The notes under the pieces are model-generated. The model was not told where the DNA came from. It searched no databases and was given only the letters and a program-made list of their open reading frames with translations. A program made the position numbers and the translations under genes. Shown piece by piece: positions 10,333 to 19,691 of a stretch of 32,000 nt of DNA; position 1 is the first letter of the stretch; every line of letters starts with the position of its first letter. Where the stretch lies: the NCBI RefSeq assembly GCF_000009045.1, contig NC_000964.3, forward strand, positions 2,250,001-2,282,000, read 5' to 3'. Source of the stretch: Bacillus subtilis subsp. subtilis str. 168 (GTDB lineage: Bacteria; Bacillota; Bacilli; Bacillales; Bacillaceae).

Positions 10333-12267
10333 ATGGCTGGTTTTTATAGATATGATCAAAATTTAGATAAATATGTTCCGATGCCTGTTGAACTACTAGC
10401 TTCAGAAGGAGAAGAATACACCGCTCCTAAGATTACTCAGAAGTTTAATGAAGTAGAAACGAAAACAACAGAAATTTTAAACAAGGTATTAACTGATGAC
10501 AGATATTTTACAGTAACAAGTTCTTTTAAACAGGATGCCACACTTGGTATTGAGTACTATGTTACAAAGGTTACTCCTAAAACAACCGAAGCTAAAAAAA
10601 GTATGGTGCAAAAAACGTTTGCATATGACTTTGAAAAATCCATTGATCCCACATCTTCTTATTTTGGTACAACAAATCGTGAAACAGTTTTAAGTATGGC
10701 AAAACGAAAAAGATCTGTTGTTGCAATAAACGCTAGTGGTTGGCGATCAAATGGTGAAGTCATGGGGCTTCAAATTAAAGACGGAGTTCTCTACAAAGAT
10801 TATGACGCTGCTGGATACACAGGCGCTGAGGCTTGTGTATTTTTTGATGATGGAACTATGAAGGTTTACGGAAACAGAGAAGTTGATGCCGACATCCTAA
10901 TTTCTAAAGGCGCACGAAACTCTTTTGCTTTTGGCATTTGGCTAGTTAAAGATTCTAAGCCAAGAACGGCTCAAATGACTACATGGGCAGATTTAAATGT
11001 TAAGCATCCTCGACAAGCCATTGGGCAAAGATCTGATGGTACACTAGTTATCATTACTGTAGATGGCCGCTCACTTCGATCCAGTGGTATTACAGCTTAT
11101 GATATGCCATCTTTATTTTTATCTGAAGGCTGTATTAATGCATTTCTTTTAGATGGTGGTGGAAGCTCTCAAACTGCTGTTGAAGGAAAATATATTAATA
11201 ACATTAGTGATGGCATTGAACGTGCAGTGGTCGATACCTTAACAATTTCATATCCTGATGACGATACAGATAGCAGATTTTTTGAAGTTCAAGAAGGAAG
11301 AGGTTTGGCAACAAGTCTAAACAGACGTGTAGAGTTTATTGAATCCAAGCCTACTTGGAATGTATTAGATTTAGGCTTCTCACCAGATGGCTTAATCGAT
11401 AATACAGCTAAGTTTAAAAAAGCCCTTAGTGATTTATCTGAAAAAGGTGGAGGGAAACTACATTTTCCGAAAGGTACATATTTAATCGGTAAGCAGAATA
11501 CAACTAGCGCTAGTGAAAAAATTGAACTCCCTTCAAATGTCTCAATTGTTGGTGAAAGACGATCCTACACTAAACTCCTTCGAAATCCAAATCACTCACT
11601 TGATGAATTGTTGCGAATCACAGATCACAATTATATAGAAGGCATTGAAATTGATGGCAATAGCAGTGTAAATAAGAGTAGCTGCCGATTGATCGCAGGT
11701 GGAAATATAAAATCATTTAAAATGAAAGACTGCAGCTTGGTTAATGCTACAGACCGAGGAGTGAGTATTCACGGGATCGGCAAGTCTATAACGATTGAAG
11801 GAATGTATATTTCCAATATAGCCAACGAGTGCATCAACGTTGCTGAAGGAGAAATTATTAAACTAATTGACTCTGAGATCACATTTAGCGGTACTGCCCT
11901 TTGGGTGGGTAATGCTGCAAATATCTTCACTAAGAATAACCTCGCAAAATCCTTAAAAACCTTCGTCCGGTACAAAAACTCTCAAAATGCAATTTGTTCA
12001 GGAAACATTATCACTAATAATATTGATCGCGCAATTTGGGGATCTGTAAGAGAAGCTGTTTTCTCTGATAATGTTTTCAAGCAATGCCACTCTGATTATC
12101 ACCTTTACTTTATTCAAGAAGACACTGGAACAAACGATTTAATTGTAACTGGAAACTCAGTTTATAGTGATGTTGAAGGAACAGCTTTCATTAGAACTCC
12201 ATCAGATATAGACAGAAGACGAGTGTCGGGTAACGTAGGTAATATACCTAGCTTGAACTTGGATTAA
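10333..12267 (+). CDS. yomE: Tail fibre/spike-like protein: phosphodiester glycosidase (NAGPA/DUF2233-like) domain fused to a pectate-lyase-like right-handed beta-helix
   Basis: ATG 10333 follows SD GGAGGA (10322-10327). Motifs: AINASGW...GQRSDGTLVIITVDGR...AFLLDGGGSSQ in the N-terminal half; FSPDGLIDNTAKFKKAL...GGGKLHFPKGTYLI and repeated short beta-helix-like turns in the C-terminal half. Confidence 0.85.
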   Translation: MAGFYRYDQNLDKYVPMPVELLASEGEEYTAPKITQKFNEVETKTTEILNKVLTDDRYFTVTSSFKQDATLGIEYYVTKVTPKTTEAKKSMVQKTFAYDFEKSIDPTSSYFGTTNRETVLSMAKRKRSVVAINASGWRSNGEVMGLQIKDGVLYKDYDAAGYTGAEACVFFDDGTMKVYGNREVDADILISKGARNSFAFGIWLVKDSKPRTAQMTTWADLNVKHPRQAIGQRSDGTLVIITVDGRSLRSSGITAYDMPSLFLSEGCINAFLLDGGGSSQTAVEGKYINNISDGIERAVVDTLTISYPDDDTDSRFFEVQEGRGLATSLNRRVEFIESKPTWNVLDLGFSPDGLIDNTAKFKKALSDLSEKGGGKLHFPKGTYLIGKQNTTSASEKIELPSNVSIVGERRSYTKLLRNPNHSLDELLRITDHNYIEGIEIDGNSSVNKSSCRLIAGGNIKSFKMKDCSLVNATDRGVSIHGIGKSITIEGMYISNIANECINVAEGEIIKLIDSEITFSGTALWVGNAANIFTKNNLAKSLKTFVRYKNSQNAICSGNIITNNIDRAIWGSVREAVFSDNVFKQCHSDYHLYFIQEDTGTNDLIVTGNSVYSDVEGTAFIRTPSDIDRRRVSGNVGNIPSLNLD

Positions 12268-12372
12268 GAATAAAGGAACAATAAAGGTGGTGGTTACGTT
12301 CTAGATAAAATATAGATTTTATTCAAAATACATACTTGAAAAACAGAGATAACAAGAGCATACGTGAGATAA

Positions 12373-12407
12373 AGAGAGATTGGGTTTAGTCCCCTTCTCT
12401 CTTTTTT
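12373..12407 (+). terminator. Terminator-like hairpin downstream of yomE
   Basis: Arm AGAGAGA (12373-12379) pairs with TCTCTCT (12396-12402), with inner GGG/CCC pairs, followed by a T-run to 12407. Confidence 0.55.
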
Positions 12408-12436
12408 GTGCTCAAATTTAATTATTAGGTGGATAG

Positions 12437-13261
12437 ATGGCAAGAAAGATATCAGATTATCATTTAAAAAAACGTGAAGAAACTCAAAAGAAATTTATTG
12501 ATTTATTAGCTCAGAATAACTACATTCACATTTCTGGAGACATGGTAAATTCGAAAACAAAGGTGAAAGTCAGATGTCGACATAATCACACATGGCAAGT
12601 AAACTACGAACACTTTAAAAAAGGTACTCGTTGTCCAGAATGCAGGATAATTGAAGGCTCCCTTAAAAAAAGGCTTAACATAAGTACTGTGAAAAGTAGA
12701 TATGCCCTTAAAGGCTATGAGATTTTAAGCACCTATAAAAACTGTCATTCTAAACTAAAAGCTAAGTGCCCTGAAGGACATATATGGGAGCACCTTCCCA
12801 GCAACTTCTTTAAAGGTGAAGAGTGTTTTCAATGTAAAGGTGCTAAAAAATACACTGTTGAATGTGCACAAGCAGCTTTTTCTGATCGTGGGTTTATCCC
12901 TTTATTCGATACATACCATCACAATAAAGAAAATCTCCCTTTTCTATGCAAGGAACATATAGACTTAGGAGTTCAATACGCTCCACTTCATAACATGGTA
13001 AGAGGTTTAGCAAACTGCAGAAAGTGTTATTTACTTCTTTTCACAGGCGAAAATAGCTCTAGATGGAAAGGCGGTATTTCTTCGTTAAATAAAACTTTAA
13101 GAGAAGCTGTTTATGAAGTTTGGACGAAGCCCTCATTAGAGAAATATTCATTTAAATGTGCAATAACAAACTCTACAAAAGACCTTCATGTGCACCACTA
13201 TAAAAAGAATTTTAGCGAGATTGTTAAAGAAGCACTGAGCAATTTAAGTTTTGAACTCTAA
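12437..13261 (+). CDS. yomD: Zinc-ribbon repeat protein carrying the N-terminal half (HVHH) of an HNH nuclease motif
   Basis: ATG 12437 follows SD AGGTGGA. Three C-x-H...C-x2-C repeats are present (RCRHNHTW...CPEC; KCPEGHIW...CFQC; LCKEH...CRKC). DLHVHHYKK lies near the C-terminus. Confidence 0.8.
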   Translation: MARKISDYHLKKREETQKKFIDLLAQNNYIHISGDMVNSKTKVKVRCRHNHTWQVNYEHFKKGTRCPECRIIEGSLKKRLNISTVKSRYALKGYEILSTYKNCHSKLKAKCPEGHIWEHLPSNFFKGEECFQCKGAKKYTVECAQAAFSDRGFIPLFDTYHHNKENLPFLCKEHIDLGVQYAPLHNMVRGLANCRKCYLLLFTGENSSRWKGGISSLNKTLREAVYEVWTKPSLEKYSFKCAITNSTKDLHVHHYKKNFSEIVKEALSNLSFEL

Positions 13262-13469
13262 AATTGGCGACTTTACTGTCAATGAGCTTGAGCAAATTAA
13301 AAATGAATGTGTAAGACTTCATTTAAATTATGGACTCGGAATCCCTCTAACTAAGAAAATCCACAATCTTTTCCATGAAATTTATGGAACATCCAACAAT
13401 AATGAGATTCAATTCAACGAGTTTCGAAATCGCTATGAAAATGGTGAATTCGAGGCTCTTTTTAATTAG
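13251..13469 (+). CDS. C-terminal HNH fragment (second His of the motif), in the +1 frame relative to yomD
   Basis: The translation contains GIPLTKKIHNLFHEIYG, the typical distal N...H part of an HNH finger. This frame opens only at 13248 and overlaps the yomD stop. There is no SD before TTG 13251. Confidence 0.6.
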   Translation: MNSKIGDFTVNELEQIKNECVRLHLNYGLGIPLTKKIHNLFHEIYGTSNNNEIQFNEFRNRYENGEFEALFN

Positions 13470-13488
13470 AAATTAAGGAGATGTTTTT

Positions 13489-14592
13489 ATGTCAGTTTTC
13501 ACTAATAGCTACATTCCAGTCAATAAGTATACTAGACCAGGTTTGAAATTACAGGGTGTGAAAAAATGCGTCCTACACTATACAGCCAATCCGGGTGCAG
13601 GTGCAGACAATCATCGAAGATACTTCAGTAATGCACAAGTTTATGCATCAGCTCACATTTTCGTAGATAAGGCTGAAGCAATTTGTATCATTCCATTAAA
13701 TGAAGTAGCTTACCATGCAAATGATATTCAGCAAAGAGATAGTGCCGGAAATCCTTATCGAGGAGTTGCTGCGCTGAAACCTAACGCTAACTTTCTTTCT
13801 ATTGGAGTTGAAATGTGCCTTGAAAAAGACGGTTCATTCCATTCAGATACAGTTGAAAGAACTGAGGATGTGTTCGTTGAATTATGTAATAAGTTTGGTT
13901 TAGATCCTATTGATGATATTGTTCGTCATTATGACATCACCCATAAGAATTGCCCTGCACCATGGGTATCTAACAGCCAAAAATTTGTAGACTTTAAAAA
14001 TCGAGTAAAGGCAAAAATGTCAGGCAAATCTGTTTCAAAAGCTTCTCCAACTAAACCAACAACCTCCTCCCCTTCCTCTTCATCAGCAGTAAGTGGTTCA
14101 CTAAAATCAAAAGTTGACGGACTTCGCTTCTATTCAAAACCATCTTGGGAAGATAAAGATGTTGTCGGCACAGTAAATAAAGGCATCGGATTTCCTACAG
14201 TTGTAGAGAAAGTTAAAGTTGGATCTGCCTATCAATACAAAGTTAAGAACTCAAAAGGCACTACATATTACATCACTGCTTCTGACAAATATGTTGATGT
14301 TACAGGATCAGTTAAAACCTCTTCCTCTGCCCCAAAAACAACATCAACTTCTTCAAGTTCCTCATCTATTAAATCCGTAGGAAAAATCAAAATTGTCGGT
14401 GTATCAAGCGCTGCAATCGTAATGGACAAGCCTGATCGAAATAGTTCTAAAAATATTGGCACAGTTAAGCTTGGAAGCACTATTTCAATTTCTGGTTCAG
14501 TTAAAGGTAAAAACAATTCCAATGGCTACTGGGAAGTTATTTATAAAGGTAAACGTGGATATATCTCGGGACAGTTTGGATCAACAATCTAA
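13489..14592 (+). CDS. blyA: Endolysin, N-acetylmuramoyl-L-alanine amidase (Amidase_2/PGRP type) with Ser/Thr linkers and repeated SH3-like wall-binding modules
   Basis: ATG 13489 lies 8 nt after SD AAGGAG. Length is 367 aa. Amidase motifs: VLHYTANPGA...AYHAND...HYDITHKNCP. I recognise it as SPbeta BlyA. Confidence 0.95.
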   Translation: MSVFTNSYIPVNKYTRPGLKLQGVKKCVLHYTANPGAGADNHRRYFSNAQVYASAHIFVDKAEAICIIPLNEVAYHANDIQQRDSAGNPYRGVAALKPNANFLSIGVEMCLEKDGSFHSDTVERTEDVFVELCNKFGLDPIDDIVRHYDITHKNCPAPWVSNSQKFVDFKNRVKAKMSGKSVSKASPTKPTTSSPSSSSAVSGSLKSKVDGLRFYSKPSWEDKDVVGTVNKGIGFPTVVEKVKVGSAYQYKVKNSKGTTYYITASDKYVDVTGSVKTSSSAPKTTSTSSSSSSIKSVGKIKIVGVSSAAIVMDKPDRNSSKNIGTVKLGSTISISGSVKGKNNSNGYWEVIYKGKRGYISGQFGSTI

Positions 14593-14679
14593 TTATATTC
14601 AATTTTCTCGGAGGATGTTTATTGATCAATATGTTTCAGTAAATATCCTTTTCTATGGTACTAAGGTGGTGAACATTTT

Positions 14680-14892
14680 ATGGAAATGGATATAACACAA
14701 TATTTAAGTACCCAGGGGCCATTTGCTGTTTTATTTTGTTGGCTACTTTTCTACGTAATGAAAACTAGTAAGGAAAGAGAGTCGAAACTTTATAATCAAA
14801 TCGATTCTCAAAACGAAGTACTGGGTAAATTCAGTGAAAAGTACGATGTTGTAATTGAAAAGCTAGATAAAATCGAACAAAATTTTAAGTAG
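14680..14892 (+). CDS. bhlA: Holin-like protein BhlA (single N-terminal TM segment plus charged coiled-coil tail)
   Basis: 70 aa. SD AAGGTGGTGA lies upstream. TM segment is GPFAVLFCWLLFYVM. Position is directly after the endolysin gene. Confidence 0.9.
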   Translation: MEMDITQYLSTQGPFAVLFCWLLFYVMKTSKERESKLYNQIDSQNEVLGKFSEKYDVVIEKLDKIEQNFK

Positions 14893-14902
14893 GAGGAATT
14901 CA

Positions 14903-15169
14903 ATGTTTGAGAATATTGATAAAGGCACAATTGTTAGGACTCTTTTGCTCGCAATAGCTTTACTCAATCAAATAATGGTGATGCTGGGTAAAGCAGCATT
15001 CATCATTAACGAAGAGGACATAAATCATTTATATGATTGTTTATATACAATTTTCACTATCGTCTTCACAACCAGTACTACTACCGCAGCATGGTTCAAA
15101 AACAATTACATAACTGCAAAAGGAAAAAAACAAAAACAAGTTCTAAAAAAAGAGAACTTGTTTAAATAG
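14903..15169 (+). CDS. bhlB: Holin BhlB (two TM segments, basic C-terminus)
   Basis: 88 aa. SD AGGAGGA (14890-14896). Hydrophobic segments are IVRTLLLAIALLNQIMVML and LYTIFTIVFTTSTTTAAW. The tail is Lys-rich. Confidence 0.9.
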   Translation: MFENIDKGTIVRTLLLAIALLNQIMVMLGKAAFIINEEDINHLYDCLYTIFTIVFTTSTTTAAWFKNNYITAKGKKQKQVLKKENLFK

Positions 15170-15188
15170 CTTTTTTCGGATTACCTGT

Positions 15189-15217
15189 GTAACCCTCCCT
15201 CTTACAAGGCGGGTTAC
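15189..15217. terminator. Hairpin between the convergent genes bhlB and bdbB
   Basis: Arm GTAACCC (15189-15195) pairs with GGGTTAC (15211-15217) across a 15-nt loop. The flanking T-rich run is weak. Confidence 0.45.
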
Positions 15218-15224
15218 TTCTTAT

Positions 15225-15671
15225 TCAATTATATACATGTTGATTTTGTTTTAATTTCTTGCTTTTGATAATTAATTTCAGTCCTATACCAAATATCAAT
15301 GCAAAACATACTGAACTCATTAAGGGTAATGTAATAAAGCCTAGATACTCTACTTCAATTTTTGCGCAGCTGTTGGTTCCAATTTCACATACGACACTTT
15401 TGCTTTGTGTAAGTTGGATAATATAATGATAAAACGCAATAATCAATCCAATTGATGAAAGGAAAACAACATAAAATATCGAATTAAGATCTTTTTTTAA
15501 TAAGCCTATTAGTAAGATAATAGGTATAGGATATAGAAATATTCTTTGATACCAACATAGAACACATGGTTTGAAATGCATGATCTCACTGTAGAATAAA
15601 CTAGCCATTGTGCCAAAGAAAGAGAGAAAAAACAGTAATAAAAAAAATGATTTTACATATCTTGTATTCAT
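15225..15671 (-). CDS. bdbB: DsbB-family thiol-disulfide oxidoreductase (membrane protein)
   Basis: 148 aa with four hydrophobic segments and a CVLCWYQR redox motif. Its start overlaps the sunS stop by 4 nt. Confidence 0.93.
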
Positions 15672-16936
15672 ACTTCAATTCCTTTCAGGACGTGTTCAAT
15701 ATTGTGGAGTGAGTTGGCAAGATATTGTTTAATTTCTTTTTTCATATTATCATTTTTAATTTCCCCTGATATTTCTTTTACTCTTTCCCAATTTTCGAGT
15801 TGAATATTAAGGCTTATTAAAATTCTTTTAAAGTGATCTTTTGTTGTATTTATAGCACTGTATCTCTCGTCTGTAAGAGCTTCATCAATCATATTGCTTA
15901 AAGAAGTAAGTTTATTTTGCATATCTACTAACAAAATTGCAGATCTAAAGTAATCAACATCAACACATCTTGGATATTCAGTTTCCAATATATCCAAATA
16001 TAAAGTTAAGTCAACATAATTATTTCTCTGCAATAATAAAGTACATAATAGCACTAAAGCATCTATAAAATGTCTTTGATCATTAAATTTTTTATAGTTG
16101 TTTATTGATTTTTTCAGATAATCAATTGCTTCTTCATCTTTATCAAGTAAATGTAGTTCTCTGCCGAAAAAGAATAACCATTTTGGGTTTTCGGGCTCCA
16201 ATCTTAACATTTCTTCTGTGAGATTTATATTCCTTCGTGTTTTTGATTTTATATTATTCTCTGAAGGATTATATCCATTATGGTAAACCTTAAGGTTCAC
16301 AATGAAATTAAAAGGTAGACTATGATTATAATTCATAGGTTCTTCATGCACTTTCCCATGAAATTTAACTTTACCATTGAGCCGAAACATTCTTCGTGTA
16401 TCAGAATATAGATGTCCAGTATATTCTTCTATATATGGACTAACTACACAATCAATAGAAAAAAACTCTAAAACTCTAGCTACTTTAGCTATTTTCCCTT
16501 TGTTTTCTTTAGAGTATAAATTATCTGCATCAATAAAATAAATCCATTCGGAAGTAGCATACTCTATAATTTTATTTCTAGCATAGGAAAAATCATTCTT
16601 CCACTTTTCATATTTAATTTCAACATCAGGAAAATCACATTTAATAATATCAACGGTATCATCAGTGGAGTATGAATCTAGAACAATAATCTCGTTAAAA
16701 TCATCTTTAACACTATTTAAACACTTTTTAATTCTCTTGCTTTCGTTATAAACTATAATACCGCATGTTATTGTAGGAGTATCTGATTTTTCATAACCTG
16801 CAACCAAAGATTGAATTGACATCACATCAATATCTTTTTCATATTCCATTATATTAACCAACAATGACAAATCTGAATACAATAAAGAATCGGCATAGCC
16901 TTTCTTTAATTCCAAATAAATATCACTCAGTTTCAT
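15668..16936 (-). CDS. sunS: Sublancin S-glycosyltransferase (GT2/GT-A N-terminal domain plus helical-repeat C-terminal domain)
   Basis: 422 aa. Contains [18 protein letters not shown]...LDSYSTDDT...FIDADN GT-A motifs. Its ATG overlaps the bdbA stop (TAATG). Confidence 0.95.
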
Positions 16937-17349
16937 TATCTATCACCATTTTTATCAAAGAACTTTTCTATTTGGCTTGCACTTCTATAGCCCTCTAACC
17001 GATCTTTTTCTTTGCCATCTTTGTAATAGAGAATCGTTGGAGTTTTATTCAAATTATATTTATCTAAAAATTCAGTGTTATAATTTTCCTTTTCTTCAAT
17101 ATTTAAAGCCTGTACTTTTAACTTTTCTTTTTTAATTACTTCATTTAACTCAGGTTTTATTTCTTGACAAGGAGGACAACTTGTCTCATAAACATAAATA
17201 AATTTAGGTTTTTTAGAGTCTACTTCTTTTTGATATTGAGTTAAATTTATATCATTATAAAAAGGTTTTTCGCTACCTGTAGAAACATAAACGAAAATAC
17301 TAATGGCTGCTGCTATTAAAACAAGAAATAAAACAATCCACTTTTTCAT
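16936..17349 (-). CDS. bdbA: Membrane-anchored thioredoxin-like oxidoreductase
   Basis: 137 aa. N-terminal anchor WIVLFLVLIAAAISIFVYV, CPPC active site. Overlaps the sunT stop by 4 nt. Confidence 0.93.
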   Translation of the reverse strand: MKKWIVLFLVLIAAAISIFVYVSTGSEKPFYNDINLTQYQKEVDSKKPKFIYVYETSCPPCQEIKPELNEVIKKEKLKVQALNIEEKENYNTEFLDKYNLNKTPTILYYKDGKEKDRLEGYRSASQIEKFFDKNGDR

Positions 17350-19463
17350 ATAGAATACTCCTTATTTTCCGAGTAGCTCGACTCTATAATCCTATTGTTT
17401 CTGAATACTAATTTTTTATTGTATTTGAAGTTACTTGGGTCATTATGAGTTATAAGAATAATTAAACAATCCATCCTGTGTAAGGTTTCATAAATCAATT
17501 TTGTGTTATCCGGATCAATGTTAGATAATGACTCATCTAAAATTAATACTTGTGGTTGATGTAAAATTGCTCTTGCTAATGCTAACCGTTGTTTTTGTCC
17601 TGTAGATAGATTGGAACCGTTTTCAGACAATTTATAACTGTACTGCTTGTCCAAGTTACAAATGAATTCATGGCATTGGGACATTATACACGCGTTTTCA
17701 ATTTCGTTCTGATCAAAAATCTCTCCCATGCAAAGATTCTCTTTAATGGTTCCCTTAAAAAGAAAAGGATTTTCGTCAATATATACAATCCTTTTTCTTA
17801 TTGATAAATGATCGTATCGATTAATATCTAATCCATTTAAATAAATTGACTTATCGGGTACTTTATACAATTTAGACAAACTTTTTGCAAACGTACTTTT
17901 TCCAGTACCACTTTCTCCAATAATAAGGACTTTATCCTTTCTGTCTAATATTAAATTAATATCTTCAACTATATAACGCATTGGGTCTGCCCCAATATTA
18001 AGATTAACTGTTTTGATATTCTGAATAAAATCAAGTTCAGTTAAATTCTCATTGCTATCTTGCTGAACTGGATAGTTTACTACGTCAAAAAATCTTATGG
18101 AAGCAACATGTGCCTGCTGAAGATCTGATTGCATACTCAATATACGATCTAGTGAACTTAGCAAAAAGGCTGCTAATGTGTTTATAAATAGCAGTGTACC
18201 CAAACTCATTGAATCATTTAGAACTTGTCTTGTCCCAACCCATAGGATAATTATTGTAAAAGAGTTTTGAATTAATCCTTTTAGTATTTCATTGCTAATA
18301 ACTGCCTTTGCTACACTAAAGGTTGAATTTAATTGTTTATCATATGTAAGATGAAATTTTTCTAAAAAAAACGAGGTTTTATTTAAAGAATAAACAGTTG
18401 TCATATTCTTCAGAAAATTAATTAAAAGAGAGGTAGATTTAGCCTTATCCTCCATCAGTTTTTGATTTTTCTTTTTAAGATGATCAAAAAACAAAATCGC
18501 TAGACATGAAAGTAGCAAAATCGGGAGAATAATTGTTAAGAAAAGAATGTTATTTGTTCTATATAAAATAACTCCTAATCCCAGTATTAAAATTATATCA
18601 ATTATTGCAGTAACAAAGTTAGCACTAAAAAAGTCTTTAATATATATACCATCATTGAATCGAGAAATTACCTCTCCATCTTCTCTGTTTTCAAAAAAAT
18701 TAATAGGTAATTTTGTTACTTTATTAAAATAAACATTTGACATCTCTTTATCAACTTTGTAAGACAATTTTATTATCAAATATGATCTTACAAAATCGAA
18801 GATGCACCTTATTAAGACCATACTTATGAATATTAAAGTGATTGTGATTAAAGATTCTCTTAAGCTTCTTGGGATAATTAGGTCAACTAGAAACTTTATA
18901 TAAAACGACCCAGCTACAGCAAGACCCACAACGAACAAGGAAGTCAATAAAATCACAAAAACGATCAATTTATTTCTAAAAAGTATGTCCTTAAAAAAGT
19001 AAGAATGTTTTTTTTGATCTTTTTCTTTTTCAGGAATTGACTCTTTGTCAATTTCTAATATAAAGTTTGTGAATTTACTTTCAAAATCCTCTTTTTTTAT
19101 TTTAGTTATTTTGTCTTTATCAGGATCACTAACAAGTAAATAGTTATTTCTAATTTCGTATATTGTTATGTAATGTCCATATTCCTCCCCTTCTAACAAA
19201 GCTATACAAGGGAGCTTTATTTGTTTTAGGGCTTCGAATGTCTTATTTTCTTGCAATTCAAGTGGCCTAGTTTTTATCCCCATCTTCTTAAAAATAACAA
19301 TTAAGTCTCTTAAACTATAGCCTTCCTTATCCCCAATTAGGTCTAGTAAGAAATCAATTCCATAGTTAAGGTTATGAAACTTTAAAATTGACGAGATACA
19401 AGCTAGTCCACAATCATGACTATTAAACTGTTTAGTATGAACATATTTCTTTTTCTTATTCAA
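17346..19463 (-). CDS. sunT: Bacteriocin ABC transporter with N-terminal C39 leader peptidase domain
   Basis: C39 cysteine in NSHDCGLACISS, six TM segments, Walker A GESGTGKST, signature LSTGQKQR, Walker B VLILDES. TTG 19463 lies 6 nt after GGGGA (705 aa); the track start 19469 abuts the SD. Confidence 0.93.
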   Translation of the reverse strand: MNKKKKYVHTKQFNSHDCGLACISSILKFHNLNYGIDFLLDLIGDKEGYSLRDLIVIFKKMGIKTRPLELQENKTFEALKQIKLPCIALLEGEEYGHYITIYEIRNNYLLVSDPDKDKITKIKKEDFESKFTNFILEIDKESIPEKEKDQKKHSYFFKDILFRNKLIVFVILLTSLFVVGLAVAGSFYIKFLVDLIIPRSLRESLITITLIFISMVLIRCIFDFVRSYLIIKLSYKVDKEMSNVYFNKVTKLPINFFENREDGEVISRFNDGIYIKDFFSANFVTAIIDIILILGLGVILYRTNNILFLTIILPILLLSCLAILFFDHLKKKNQKLMEDKAKSTSLLINFLKNMTTVYSLNKTSFFLEKFHLTYDKQLNSTFSVAKAVISNEILKGLIQNSFTIIILWVGTRQVLNDSMSLGTLLFINTLAAFLLSSLDRILSMQSDLQQAHVASIRFFDVVNYPVQQDSNENLTELDFIQNIKTVNLNIGADPMRYIVEDINLILDRKDKVLIIGESGTGKSTFAKSLSKLYKVPDKSIYLNGLDINRYDHLSIRKRIVYIDENPFLFKGTIKENLCMGEIFDQNEIENACIMSQCHEFICNLDKQYSYKLSENGSNLSTGQKQRLALARAILHQPQVLILDESLSNIDPDNTKLIYETLHRMDCLIILITHNDPSNFKYNKKLVFRNNRIIESSYSENKEYSI

Positions 19464-19485
19464 TTTCAATCCCCGCTTTAAATAT

Positions 19486-19510
19486 GAGGGAATATTTAAA
19501 ATATTCCCTC
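19486..19510 (-). terminator. Perfect 11-bp hairpin between sunA and sunT (partial terminator/attenuator)
   Basis: GAGGGAATATT-TAA-AATATTCCCTC. On the - strand it is followed by ATATTTAAAG, a U/A-rich tail without a clean U-run. Confidence 0.6.
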
Positions 19511-19520
19511 TACAAATGTT

Positions 19521-19691
19521 TTATCTGCAGAATTGACGATAGTTTTGACAAGCAACAGCTCCGCCACCACAACCAATTGTACCGCCACTAGCACATTGTA
19601 GCCACAACGCAGCACACTGAGCTTTTCCTAATCCACTACCTTTTTGGTTTTCGAGTTCCTCTAGTTTAACTTCTTTAAATAGCTTTTCCAT
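19521..19691 (-). CDS. sunA: Sublancin 168 precursor peptide (19-aa leader plus 37-aa core with five Cys)
   Basis: ATG 19691 follows SD GGGGAGG (19707-19701). Translation [56 protein letters not shown] is the SunA sequence I know. The track ORF (to 19718) has an N-terminal extension without an SD. Confidence 0.97.

Noticed and set aside
12268-12372. Possible small RNA or micro-ORF in the yomE 3' region (AT-only stem ATAAAAT/ATTTTAT; 17-codon TTG ORF)
   Set aside because: The stem is AT-only and weak, and the ORF lacks an SD. The region is most simply the 3' UTR between the yomE stop and the hairpin at 12373-12407.
14456-14695. 79-aa ORF bridging the blyA 3' end and the bhlA start
   Set aside because: It is out of frame within blyA, has no SD, and would run through the bhlA SD. 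The bhlA start at 14680 is well supported.
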